DNA of 64,000 bases, taken from NCBI RefSeq assembly GCF_037042905.1, contig NC_087251.1, positions 9,302,001 through 9,366,000 on the forward strand, written 5' to 3'. Within the stretch, counting starts at the first letter, position 1. The number at the start of each line of letters is the position of its first letter. The notes under the pieces are model-generated. The model had not been told where the DNA came from. It was given only the letters and a program-made list of their open reading frames with translations, and made no database searches. Positions 25,501-40,500 of this stretch are shown in pieces. Source of the stretch: Lytechinus pictus. Its lineage: Eukaryota. A program made the translations under genes and the position numbers.

Positions 25501-28500
25501 CCAGCCAAAATTTTATTTCCCAAAGTTAAAAAAAAAGTGAAATGTATGAGATTGCTTGAGATGTGGTGGCAAGACAGAAATAACACCCAAAAAAATGTCT
25601 TTCAAGAGTGACAAAATCCTGAAAGGATCATTCTAATCCAAGTTTGGGTAAAGAATCAACTTGAAAGAATCTATTCAGACTGATTCCAAGTGAAATTTGG
25701 CATTTCTCATATAAACTGAAAATATGGGGGAACATTTGGCCACTTTAAAACTGACATGAATTAATGGCTTAGCATTGGCACACCATTATGATATAACACC
25801 GCAGAGGGCATGAAAAGTGTAGTGCTAGATTATAGTAGTCTACAAAACACTTACCTTGTTTGAATGCAGCAAAGGCTCTAACTGGAGGAGCTTGAATAAT
25901 GACAGGGGCTGGTTTAGTCCTAGTAGCATGGGTGTATGGACAGGTGGGATTCATACAGGTAGCATCAAATTTACAATTGGGATGTATAAACAGGCACTTG
26001 TCACCAAATTTGCAGTTTGGAAATGTTCTGTGGATGAGAAAATATTTTTTGTAACGATCAAAATTACAATGAAAATAATAACTGAAAATGTACCCAAAAT
26101 TATAGATACTTGTAGCCCACTTGATATATGAAACACAACACAAATAATAGTAAAACAGGGATGAGAGTCAGGGAAACAAGAAATCTTGTTTGAATAGGTA
26201 TCTGGCCATGCCTCTTTTTTTTTCTTTTTTTTTTAGCTTGCCCCAGGTTTATGTGATATCTGTGATATCTTTTATGAAGGAGCCAAGAGAGAAGATATGA
26301 TACACATATATGTCTTGTGGAGTTTGTTCAAGGTCTGGAATAAATATAATGATCTATCCATAATGAATTATGAGATTATGGTGCGGCACAAAGGGAAGAG
26401 AATTAAATGATGGTATTTATTTCATTTTTCAGACAACAAAGACCCTGTTCTCATTATGATCTCTGGAACTGGTTTTCCTAAAACCAGAAACCAGTATGGA
26501 AGATAATTTTTCTAGCATCCTCATCACCATTTCCTTAATGGGTTTCCAGAACAACTTCACGTAAAGTAGTCTTGTTGCTATGGGAATGCTCTTGGTCGAG
26601 TTACGTTTTGCGCAAAATCTGAAACTGCAGCATAAGCATTCTACACAGTGTGTACTGAGTAGTAGCATGCTCAACATTTACACACTCTTGTACTTCCATG
26701 AAAAAAACGGCTTTCTAAAGAACGGTTGTGTCCATACCTACGCTTAAACCAGTTTAACAGGGCAAAGTGGTCTTGAAACCCACATCATGAGGTGGTTTTC
26801 TAAACTGGTTTGGAAGACCACTTAAGATTGCTTCAAGGCCACTCTGAGCATCCCTACTACATGTTACACTGGTTCACTAAACTAGTTTAAGATAATAGAT
26901 GAGAATGGGGTTATTGGTTAATCTTTGGAAGAAAATGGTAGCCTCTATTTTGTCTAATTTCTTTTGTGGAAACAGAAGGAAAGATGAAAATGGAATATGA
27001 TATCCGACTCTTATTAAGTTTGCCTGGTCTTTCAAGATGAAATAAGAGAAGCTGTTTTTATATGCCCCTGGCTGTAATGCAATTCAGTTTATCCATTCAA
27101 TCAAAAAAGGATTAGATGGATAGAGTAAACTGCTTGGTTGATACCTGACGCAGAGTGACCATTTCTAAAAAAAAACAGTAATTCAGTATACTGAATGCCA
27201 AATAATGTCAACCCGACAATTCTCAATGCAATATTTTCTATTCTTGTTTTCCTTTTTTTAAATATTAATGTGGGGGAGGAGGGGGGGGGGTCTCGATCAT
27301 CAGACAAGTGATTAGTACAAATTGAGGTGCCTCTCATGCTCACAGACTCAACTCAACAACATTTTTCTTAAATGAATCACAAACACAGCAAGAATAATTG
27401 CTCACTACCATTCTTCTTTTGCTGAGTTTATGCAGCAAACATGACAAAGAATAAATCCCTACTCGCTCCCAATATAAATTTTCATGCTCCCTCTGATTAC
27501 CCCCTTTCCTATTCATCCCCCTTCTAAACTTATTTTGTTACTTTTAAATAAGCAAATTAAATACAGACAACATATCATGATTTTCTTTTTATAATTTATC
27601 TGTCTTAATAGCACAACAAATATATTTAGTACATTTCCAACAGCGGTTGCCCAATAAAGAGCCATTAAAGGTGCAGTATTGCCACAGTGCCTTTAAAAAA
27701 GAAGAGATCTCCACATGTTTCCTACCCAACCTTGAATCAGATATGACTTGAATGCAGTATGTACACCTATTAGTTACCAAGATAGTCAACCAGTGCACAC
27801 CTATCACTAGTCCCATAAAGGAGTCTATATAACAACTGAGTTTTAATCTTGAATTACATAATATGTGTACTGAGTGTGCTTGCACCAATGTGCACTAAAC
27901 CATGTTCTTCATTGACATCTACTGTAGATATTAGTGGTGATTCTTGGTGGTTATTGAAATGCTTAATTATTAGGCAACTAGCACATCAATGATGTGGAGC
28001 TGATCCGGCATCTCCCAACAAAATTTAACACAATTTTTTATTTCAGCCCAGTTGACACTGTAGTGAATTATATTGGTGACATAAATTGAGGAAACATAAT
28101 TGAAATTGGTAAACCTCATGAGGCTTTCAGATGGAACCAAAACATCAAAATCAGTCAACAAATAAATAAGCATTTTTGTGAGTTTTGAAAAATATGCATA
28201 AATTAGCAGATTTAATGAGTTTCTAAATTCTGTGTAGAAATTTAGTATCCCCACCTAGAGCTATCATATAAAACAAACAAAATTGAAATTGATCGACAAA
28301 TGAAGGAGAAAAGGTATTTTTTTGTGATTTATGAATAAATTTTGCATAAATTAACATAAATAATTTTCTAGTCAAAATTTCACAATTCTGTGTGGAAACT
28401 TGGTGACCCTCATGTAGCTCTACCAGATGGATGAAAAAAAAAATCAAAATTGGTCAACAAATAGAGAAGCATTTTTGTGATTATGAATAAATTTTGCATA

Positions 28501-31500
28501 AATTAGCATAAATAATTTTCTACTCAAAATTTCAAAATTCTGTGTAGAAGTTTGGTGAACCTCATGAAGCTCTACCAGATCAAAAAATAAATAAATAAAA
28601 ATCGGTCAACAAATAAAGAAGAAGCATTTTATGTGAATTTTTAAAAATATGCATAAATTAGCATACAAATTTTTCTAATTAAAATTTTAAAATTCTGTGT
28701 AAAAGTTTGGTGAAACTCATGAAGCTCTACCAGAAGGAAGCATAAAAATCAAAATCGGTCAACAAATAAAGAAGGAGAAACATTTTTTGTGAATTTTGAA
28801 AAATGTGCATAAATTAGCATAGTTAATGAGTTTCAAAATTCTGTGTAGTAGCTTAGAATCCCACACCTAGTGCTATCATATAAAGCAAACAGAATTGAAA
28901 TCGGACTTAAAATGATGAAGAAGAAGCATTTTGAAATTGTGGACGGAGGACAGACGGCGGGCGCCGGACACCACGGCATAAGCTCATCTGGCTCTTCGGG
29001 CCAGATGAGCTCAAAATGGCCCAGTCCTCTCTGATGAACCGGGAACTAGGACAAAATGCTTTTAACTAAGGGACATTAGAGCACCAACTTGGTGTTAAAC
29101 ACTACCAACTGAAATAGTAACTGAAGTATCACACCCTCCTCTTGTCATCATACATCAAATATCTTGTCATTTCAATAAAAACTAAATAGAATTGTTTTTT
29201 ATTGTTTTTCATTCAGTACGTGGAACTGCACCACAATACAATTGTTGCATGGTAATTCCTTACAATTCCTCTCGCAACTATAAGGTCTGCTAGTTCATCC
29301 TTACTTGCTGGACATACCACAATCTCATAATTCATGGGGGGTTGATCATTTCAATATGCTGGCCATTCCTATGGAATAAACTTCCAAAAGACATCCACAA
29401 TATTTCTTGTCTCATCAAAAATTCACTGAAAACCTGGTTATTCACACAACTTTCTTCCCCTTTTTAGGTTTCCATTTTTTTCTTCTTTTCTTTACTGCGC
29501 AATAAGCATATTTTTATGATGGATACCGGTGCATTACAAATGTCCATCTATTTATAATCTAAGGATCCTCTTTGTACTGGTACAATTATAGAACCCTCAA
29601 AGTGTATTATTGTAGATGCATTGCTCCAACATAAATTGACAGGTCAGACTGCCATCTTAATCTGGCTAAAGACTGTTAGATATACTCAGATAGATATATG
29701 CCTACACTCATAAAAATGTTAAGAAATTTGAGCTTGATCAAATTGTTGTCTTATCTTATTAAATAATTGTATCATATATCAATGATTGAATTTAGCATCT
29801 CTCTGGTTGCTGTGTATGTTTAATATGAACATTTACATAAATTATAACAAACCTGTTAGCATTTTGTTACTTTGTAACATACATTTTTTATTCAACTTTA
29901 TTTTTCTATTATTAATCTTCCCTTTTTCTGATGGGGGGGGGGGGGGCTTCCTCAGTACTTCACCAAACAATAAATTTAAACTATCGAAAGAGGAACAAAA
30001 AAAGTCATGGAGACAGTATAATTTAGCCAAAGCACAATGCTTGACGAGAAATCTGCCCTGAGGTCTTTACAAAGAAACTGAAATCCCCATCTGCAAGACG
30101 GGTGAAGCAGAAATTAGTATTCTAGAAAATAGAATACTATTAAGAGATTTCCCAGGAGTTGCAAACACTCCTGTGAATAAACAAGGCAAAGGTATTTCAT
30201 TGTCATGTCATGTGTGTGTTTTCATTATGTAGACACCTATCATTAAGAAAATTAAGAAATTAATTGCCACAGATCAATCTTCAAATTTATTCAGAACAAA
30301 GCGGACACATCGTACCATGGGACCTCAACAATATTCTATCTTTAATTGACCTTTAAACCACCTGTGGAATATGTTAGTTGGTTAAAAGATCTGTACATGT
30401 AGTTTAGGCATGAATTGCCTCATATAGCAACTAAAAAATTAGTGTGTAAAAGCTGAAGTTTACTGTTACAAGTATTACACTTCAATATCTTGAAACATAG
30501 TACACTAACATATCAACCCTTTACGTTCAGGTTGTTGAATGTAATGCTGTACATTACAACAAACAATGAAGAATGAAAATAAATCTGTCACACAGAGTGA
30601 ATTCATACACACATTTTCAAAAGTCCCCAATGTTAAGGTGAATAGAAAAGTTAATTTCAGGACTTTTTTATCATAATGATACGTTGATATACAAAGATAT
30701 CAAATCTATCCAACGGCTATGTAGACAGGGCTGGTATGAGGGCAAATTTGTTATTTTTTCATAAATCAAATTATCGTTTACATTTTCAAATTTACAAAAC
30801 AGAACTGTTTCCAAGAAAAAGCAAATTCTGTCTTTCTGTGGTTTCTTGAAAATGAATGTTCAAATTAGCTGTAAAATGCAAATGGGCCTTAAAATGTTTT
30901 GTGATCAAGTGCTTATTTAAAGGACAAGTCCACCCCAACAAAAAAGTTGATTTGAATAAAAAGAGAAAAATCCAACAAGTATAACACTGAAAATTTCATC
31001 AAAATCGGATGTAAAATAAGAAAGTTATGACATTTTAAAGTTTTGCTTAATTTCATAAAACAATTATATGCACATCCTGTTGGGTATGCAAATGAGGAGA
31101 CTGATGACGTCATCCACTGACTCACTATTTCTTTTGTATTTTATTATATAAAATAGGGAATATCCTATTGTCAAGTGAAACAACGATTAATTCCTCCCTG
31201 AACAATTGGAATGAACATTGTTTAATACTATATGATTCAGTCAAGTTGGTCCTTATTGTCAAATCTATAAAAAATGAAATATTGTATAATTCAAACAATA
31301 AAAAACAAAAAACGAAATAGTGAGTGAGGGACATCATTGACTGTCTCATTTGAGTTTTGCATATCACTGTTTTGTGAAAAATAAGCAAAACTTTAAAATG
31401 TCAAAACTTTCTTATTTTTACATCCGATTAAGATGAAATTTTCAGCATTTTGCTAGTTTGATTTTTCTCTATTTATTCAAATCAAAATTTTTGTGAGGTG

Positions 31501-34500
31501 GACTTGACCTTTAAAGGGAACTCAAGAATCATTCTGATTTGGTTAATGATCATTCTTTTAAATAAAATTCAATGAGTGTTAAAAGGCATACAAACCACCT
31601 CAATTACTCAACTAGTCATATCTGGCCAGGTTCATTACACATAATGCAACATTCTGGACAGTGTAGTCTTGTACTACAGACCCACATGAATGATAACACA
31701 CAAATTCACTACTCAATACAGTCACATCACAATAACTATATTACCAAGTAGCAAAACAGGTTCCCTTTCTCTTATAAAATCATTTTAGTTTCTTCACAAA
31801 AATATGTTAAGATTATTTTTTCCTATGAATAACTAATAATTATCTCAAAAGGTATATTATAAGACTAGCCATTTATAACACACAGTCAATGAGAGACAAC
31901 ACATAGTATTCATCAGTTCACTCCCCCCTGGCCCCTTCCCCTTTAAAAGCCATTGCCACAAGACCAAATCTAGCCTTTTGACAAGGCCTCACAACTTGGC
32001 TCTATTCCTCGTTAAGCGGTGGCAGAGACGAGACTAGCGGCCGACGAAGAGAAGTGGCAATACCCGAGTGAGCGGGAGAGCGAGCGGCTTAAGTGGCGAG
32101 GCCTTATGGAATCTGGTGAAGACGTGAATAATGAATATATGAATTATTCATGAGCATGCTGATGCGGCCGATGCGCCAATCTGCACCGTCGGTGTCTATG
32201 ACGCCATGGGACCGGGTTCGTTCGCGATCGCTTCTTTGGCACAGGGTCATTCGGGGTTCATTGATGTGAGCAATACGCTCGCTGATTCCAATTTGCAAAC
32301 AATGGTTAACATAAGAAATCCAAATCAGATTCCTAAAGGCCCTGTGACTGAGCTCAAAATCCTCACACTCACTCGGCTTTTTGTTAATAGTTTTTTTCCA
32401 GATGGTAGGTATGTGATGTAAATATATCTACAGACACAGGGCCTTGTTCAAAGGCTAGGCCCCATCATACCTAAGCTTCCTTGTTTTTTTTTTAATTAAA
32501 ATTTGCAATACCCTGCATGTTTTGTACTGGGACCATCCAGTAGACAACAGGCTGATTTTATCTCAGTTTTGCAGGTTAATATATATATATAAACCCCTCC
32601 AAAAAAGTTTGGAAATCTGAGTTTGGCCATTAATTTCTCCCACCTCCCAATTTTACACTTATGCATAATTGATATCATTCAAAAGATCATTTAATTCTCC
32701 TCAAAATAATACCATGCTCGTTATGATCATGCCATCACGAAAAGAGCAGGATTCATAAGTGTTGGATGAGGTCTGAATTGAAAAGCTGTAAAACGAGCAG
32801 AAATAGTCATGAAGGGCCAATAAAGAACATGATTCTTGTCTGTGTCAATAGAGATGAAAATCCATTCAAATCAAGCCCCTGCTTCTTCATTTTATGTTTT
32901 GTTGTGGTTTTTTACTTTTTGTAGTAATGGTTCTGTGAGATAACATGGTTTGAGTCGTGGTTTGAAATACCCATGCATGTTAGTTTGTTTGTTATGTGTT
33001 TGCTTGTGCAGAGGTGTGTTTGATTCCGGGGGGGGGGGGGGGGGGCAGTCTAATATATTTGATTTGATTTGATTTGATTTATTTTATTTCCACATTTCAA
33101 AACAAAAACAAAGTATATACAAGTATAATATTTTTTTTAAATCAATATTACATAAATAGGCAAATATTTTTTTTAACATAATGAATACGGTACATAAATC
33201 ATTATAAAATATCAACTGTATACTGTGAAAATTATATCTATATATAAATTTTCTTTAATTACTGAACATATATATATAGAAATGTGGGAGACCTCCATCT
33301 TAAGCTTGGAGCTTGAAAGTGATGGAGGCCTCGAAAGGAAAGGGGAAAGAAAACCAGACTGTATAGTGCAATAAAAGAGACTTATCTTTTATTGCACAAA
33401 ATAATAGGAATATATCAAAAGTGGATAGGGAAGGGAAATTTGATTGAGAGACGTTGATAAAAGTGAAAGTGCAAGTGCAGGTGTGCGAGTGTGCATGTGC
33501 AAGGGGGGATGGAATTATCAGTTGTTTGGGTACACAGAAAGATTTTAGAAATTATAGCTTGACAGTTTCGTGTTGGATAGGAGTGCTGTACACACGCGTG
33601 ACCAAGGAATTTCCAAACACCCCCTAAACAAGTTTTTCTCTGTGTGCAAAATAATCCCTTAAACAAGTTTTTTGCGGGCTTTATTTACACATTTTGGCCC
33701 CTAAACAAGTTGTCGCCAAAATATGACCTCTGGGAAAAAGCTTGGGAAAAAAACATTAAAAAATTCTGGCAAATAAACCAAAAGTCTGGCAAACAAAATT
33801 ATGCCAGTGAAAATTACACATTAAAAAACTCTGGCAAAAAATTTGCCAGTTTTTTATGGCAAAAGTTTTATGCAACCATAATCATATCATGTAGGGTATC
33901 TATCATGTTAAAGAAAATTAAATTAATCTATTCATTGGTATCAATCACTAATTAATGTTCACTAAAACCCAGGAGGAATTATCAATCAAAGTCAGATTCC
34001 CAAATCTATATTAGGATTCAGGGAGGTATATAAATTATGCTCAGAGGGAAGGGGGAGGTTGCTCCAAAATAATTATTCTTCTACAAAATACATGCCCTCT
34101 CAAATGGGGGGTGGATCTCTTGATAATCTGGTCAATTTGCCATACCAAACAGTAGACATCCCACAGTACACAATAAATAAATGAGGACAGAACAGAAAGC
34201 TTAGGGGAGGGAGAGTGGGGTAATTGAAGCCCTGGGTAAATAAGGCCCCCAGTTAATTGTTAGCTCACTGCTCAAGTACATGAATACAGTACCAGTGTCA
34301 AAGGATTGCTGTTTGTATGGCATTTGAGACAGTTCCTTAGTATATCTTGCGCATGGAAAATGTCTCACAGCCCGATACACATAGCCAGGAGGAGCACAAA
34401 TGCAGCAGCACCTCAAAATCAAGATTTTGAAAGTAGCATCGCCACTTTAGAGAGGCAAGTACTATACCAACCCAGTAATGTGTATTAAATTTTATCTTAC

Positions 34501-37500
34501 AGGTACTGGTAGTTTACTTTTGTAAGGCATTAGTGTACATTGCCAGTACTGTAGTAAAATTCACCACTTTCCCTCTTGTGTTCTGATTGAAAGCCTATGA
34601 ATTAAACTTACCTGTTGGGGCAAATGTGGCTCCTGGATTAAAACATAATTAACACTGTATGGATACATCTGGTAAAGAGTAAACTTCAGTGTAGACATCT
34701 CCATACTTGCTTATGTAAAATGAGAGTGTCCATTTCGAATAAAAAAATGTAGAAACACAGTAATTTAAAAAAAGTCTGTGACAGTTTGAAAACACAATCA
34801 AACAATCATATTTTTTCATCATACAGTATTGGATAGGATTAATAAATAAATCCTTAAATGGGGGCCTTTGAGAAAATTATCAAAATTTAATCCTGTGATT
34901 GTTACTAGTAAATGTTCAGTGACTGTATCAAACCAACTGAACTTTTTTTACTTTGAATATAGAACAGAATGTTTTTAATCATGGGGCCTCATTTGCACCA
35001 TTTCTATGGGGCAAATAAGGCCCCTTGACAACAATTTTAGTGCTCATCAATATACAAATGAGAATGATTTCTATTGACAAAAATAGGTCTACTGTAGACC
35101 TAGTATAAGACATCTAATCATGTTTCTACTGCTATGCATTAGAAAGATATGATTGGAATAATGAAAGGGGGGCCTTATTTTCCCCACAACGCCCTAAATC
35201 TTCAAAAAATTTCAAATTGGAAAATAGCTTCATGTGTACATGTAATCTTATTATTTTGATAATACATATTTAATGGAAAATACTATAGATTTCACTACTT
35301 TGCCAATCTCATAATATGGGCAAGTAACAAGTAATTCAGAATTTGGTAAGTATTCTTCTACTATGGATCCAGGTTTTTAACTGATATTCATGTACAACTT
35401 TCTTCCCTTTTTTTCTCTAGAATAACAAATGATTATGAATCTCTAAAAAAAAAATATCCATGTCCTTTATGGAATATGCTACTAAAACACAATATTCACA
35501 ATCATTCAGTTTGTGTTTACTCAATTTCCAACCATAAAATAACACAACACATCACTTTCCTTTTCAAAATAACAAGATCATACTGTATTCCTTACTAAAA
35601 ATATATGTTATGATGGATCTTCAAGGCTGCAGTACTACTTAGAGATAAGATGGATGAATGTTGGCTATTTTAAGACAGACAACTATACATCTTAATAAGT
35701 TAATGGGCATAATGACACAAAGTTCACAAACATTGCCTTTTCTATGTCATGCAATATTTCCTTGAAAATCAATCACCATTGATGAGAAAATATGTCTACT
35801 GAAAATGAACCATATTCAAGAGTTTAGCTTTACCTTTATCTGTATCTTGAGAGAGCCATGCAGATTTGATCCCCTCGTTTTAATTCGTGCAAAAATTATT
35901 GTACTCCATAATAGTGAAAATTTGAGTACATTACCACTTAAAAGGGTTATACTGCTATATTCTCATGACCAGTGATAGTACAGCAGTTGAAATGACAATT
36001 CATAATATTAACAACTAAATGCCCAAGGCCAAGGCAGTTCAATGATCTACAACAAAGTCACCAACACAAAAGTGTAGAGTATTTTTACCATGGAATAAAG
36101 GATATAAAGTATTGCAAAGAAAAAAAAACATTGTAATTCAACATGGTTTCTGATACCCCCCCCCCCCCTTTAAAAAAAGAAAAAAAATTATTTCATCAAT
36201 GAATATTATAATATCAATAAATGAATAGATTTAGAAGATAGTAAACAAATAAATAAATAAATACATGTAAATGAATAAGAATTAAGAACACTGAATGAAA
36301 AATAAATAATTACAATAGAATGAAATAAATGTTTTCTTTTATAATATTCACACTATATTAACCTTAAAGCACTATATCACATACATGTATAACAGGGAAA
36401 ATAGATAAAATAAGCAATGGCTTTTGAGAAGAGAGAGAAACAAAAAAATAGATTTCAGCATCATGGGCCTACACAATACAGTATAGAAGTATTATACAAC
36501 AAGACTTGACCTCGACCTTATCTTGAGGAAAGAATAAATTAATATATAGACTGAGGATGACATTTATATCACGAATTATAATATTCAGGCAAGATCCAAA
36601 TAATAATCAAATTACATTGAAATAAGGCAATACATGCACCTATACTTTGTCTTTTCAAATCACAAAATTTGCATTAAATTTGACCACTGTTCATGCCCTC
36701 TGTGGTAACAGAATCGACAATTCCCTAATCAGAAATGTTCACCTGCATTGTCAAAGGCTTATATACAATGAATATCTTTAATTTACTTGCATTTCTACCA
36801 CTGTGGCGGGATCCAGACAGGGGCACAATGTACATAAATCTAAAATGATTGTCATCTGCACTGCATCTATTTCAATATCCTAGATCCGCCAATCCAATGT
36901 ATTATATATTCATGTTTTTCACATTGATAAAACCTGCATTTTTCCCAAAAATACTAGATTCTAGAAGATGTGTATTAGTTTATATTTATTTAAAAACCTT
37001 TACTAGTACTTTTATCAACAGAAAGTTGTAAACAGTGTTGTTTCAACTGCTTTTGACCCTAAGATTGGTTAACTTGTCATGCAAATTTTATTTAAAAAAT
37101 ATCCACAAAATAACATGTCTCGTATGGTTTATTGTGAATTGTGCATCAATTAACAACATACCTCATACATATGCCAACTATGGCCAAGCCAAAATTTTGC
37201 TGAAGTGCATTGATTTTTAAAAAGTTCTAATGAAAAAAATTAAAATATTGTGTAACCACACCAAAGAAAAGTTCTATGCTAATATCAATTTACTAAAATT
37301 AGAAAAATATATTGAAAAAAAAAAGAATTTAAGAAAATGTATTGAAATGTATTACAAATTATTTTTGTGAGCAACACTCTATAAAAAAATAATGTAGCAT
37401 AAATTCTATAAATTTGATCTATTTTTAGGTGGCACACGATGTTAGATTTTTTTCATAGGAGAGTGTATACAACAAAGTACCTGATTATATGAAATACACA

Positions 37501-40500
37501 GGTAAAATCATTTGTAAATTTTCAAAAAATGGTACCTAATGGAATTCCCATTAAATGATATATGGGGGAGCTGCTCACATGCAACAATCAAAATGGAAAA
37601 CTTAAACAATTGATAAATCTGTCATTCTCATCCCTATTCTAAAGGTCAAGTCCACCCCAGAAAAATGTTGATTTGAATAAATAGAGAAAAATCAAACAAA
37701 CATAACACTGAAAAATTCATCAAAATTGGATGTAAAATAAAAAAAGTTATGGCATTTTGAAGTTTTGCTTATTTTTCACCAAACAGTGATATGCACAACT
37801 CAGTGACATGCAAATAAGTAAGTCGTTGATGTCCATCACTCACTATTTCTTTTGTTTTTTATTGCTTGAATTTTACAATATTTCATTTATTACATATTTG
37901 ACAATAAGGACCAACTTGAATGAACCAATAGTATTAAACAATGCTAATTCCACATGTTCAGGGAGGAATTAATTGTTGTTTCCCTTAACAATGAGGAGAA
38001 AATTAGAATATTTCATATTTCAAATAATAAAATACAGGGATGCCAGTGGGTAGAGAAAAAAAATAAGGAAGGTCAAAGCTTGGCACGCCGACCCGCGAAT
38101 CATTTGCAGTTCGCTTGATGCGTTAACATTGTTGGGTGCCCAATGGGCACTTGTATGGTATAAGATACAGACATTTCAATACTAAAAAGAGATGTGATTT
38201 AGGCCTAAATAAAAAAAATATCCCTCTCCTTTTTCACAAAATACATATTTTCTGCTGGATCTAGTTGACCTGCAATTATGGAATATCATCTCAAGGTAAT
38301 TTCCATTCATATCCCTGTAAAGAAATGACATGCATGTGAACACTGAATAGAATGTTAGAGTGGACAACACATTAAATTTACCATTTGTTTTTTATCCCAA
38401 AGTCTATTTTGGATATATTGGCACTCCTGTCTATCTCCATCTTGAACAGTTGAACTCAAAATTCAAAATTAAAAATCCACCAAATCCACCGAGTGTTCAG
38501 TCGTTAGATCACTTTCCATATCCTGTTTAGTGTTAGCATGTTAGGCTTGTATCCACACAAATTTAAGTCTTTGTATCAAATATAGTTCGCAGTTCACAAC
38601 TTCCAGATGCATGACATATATCTACATAAATCCAAGTCCTTTTATCAAAAAATAAATGCAGAAAATTAAACAAACAGCGAGTAAGAAATCGCACGATCGC
38701 GAGTAAGAAACCACGCCGCACAACTGACAAGCGGACCAAGCGGATACGGGCTCAAGGCTTCCCCACATCTTTGGGGTACGTAGACACAGCAATCTCCGCT
38801 CAAAAATCAGCTGCAAAATCCTTCCACGCGGATCGCGTGAGCTACAAAACAGAATGCGAGCGCTATACACTTTAATGTAATGCTGTCAAGCCCTCGCGTT
38901 TTGCGAGCGCTTTATACAAATGAAAGATGAGAGATGGAAAAAGAGGGGAAAACCGGAAATATTCAGAAATGTTTACACAAAATGGAAAAAAGACGGAAAA
39001 CTGACATCCCTAAAAATACAAAAGAAATAGTGAGTGGATGAAGTCATCGGTCTCTTCATTTGCATATCATCCAGGATGTGCACATATCTGTTTTGCGAAA
39101 TTAAGCGAAAATTTAAAATGTTATAACTTTCTTATTTTACATCCGATTTTGATGAAATTTTCAGTGTTATGCTTGTTGGATTTTTCTCTTTTTATTCAAA
39201 TCAACTTTTTGTTGGGGTGGACTTGTCCTTTAACTGTGATTTTTTCAGACGAAGTCTCTGATGGGAAAGTTCTGATGTTCTTAAACTTTGTACCAAAGAT
39301 GCGCAAGAAACATCATGAAAAAATAACTTCACTGTGGCATTGATGTAGTGTAGTCATAAAATTTTGAATGAGGAGGGATTGCATTCCCTCTCATTCAAGG
39401 ATTAATGGGTTTTTACCTAGCCTTTTTTTTCTTTTTTTTTCAAAATCATAGTGAATTTAAAGGGATGTTCCAGGCTGAAGATATTTACATCTCAGTGAAA
39501 TTCAGAGCAAAATGCTGAAAATTTCATCAGAATCAGATAACAAATAACAAAGTTATTGAATTTTAAAGATTTGCATTATTCCGGTAAAACAATTCTAGGC
39601 ATGTCTTCATGAATATTCATAAGGTGGGCTGTTGATGTCACATCCCCACATTCCTTTTACTTATGTTATTACATGAAATCATAATTGTTTCATTTTTTCA
39701 TAAATGTTTAAATGATGTGTCTCCATTATGATGAAATAAGTTGTAGCAATAAATAACTCATGCACTTTATCATTTGTCAGTTCAATTGTTTTAGTTCTTG
39801 TTACATTTTTTTTAACAAACCTTATTTCCTATAATAAAATAAAAAAAGAACAAGTGGGGATATGACATCATCAGCCCACTAAGGAATATTCATGAAGACA
39901 TGCCCAGAACTGTTAATAATGCAAATCTTTAAAATTCAATAACTTTATCTGTTATCCAATTTTTATCAAATTTTCTGCATTTTGCTCTGTGAATTTTACT
40001 CTATTTAATTTTATTGAGATATAAATATCTTCAGCCTGGAGCATCCCTGTAAGGGTGAGCTTCCCCATTGAATGACAAACTTCTTCAGTCAAGGGCCATT
40101 AAGTCTTTAAAATATGTGCATGAATCTTACCTGCAAGGTGTACTTGGATGAAAGAAGAGACAATCACTGCCATTCTTACAGGCTGGCCAAAACTTACATC
40201 TCTCATTTACTTTCTCTTCCATTTCAACATGTTCTAAAACAAGGCATATAAAAAAAAGGAGAATAGAGTCATTACAAGCAACGTTCGTGAGAGTTTGGGG
40301 AATATATCAAAAAGGTAAAAAAAAATAGAATGAAAGTATGACAAATAGTTCAAGTTTTAGTTATTTTTTTCTAAGCAACTACAATACCATCTTTAGTTGA
40401 AATAACAGATGAATTTAAGGTAAGAATATCTAAATGAGGAAAATAATCTAATGAAAGGAAATTTTTATTTGATCATATACCACACAGGATTATACACTTC

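Noticed and set aside
35834..35920. Additional minus-strand exon ending AAG|GTAAAG
   Set aside because: No convincing acceptor or phase-compatible open frame.
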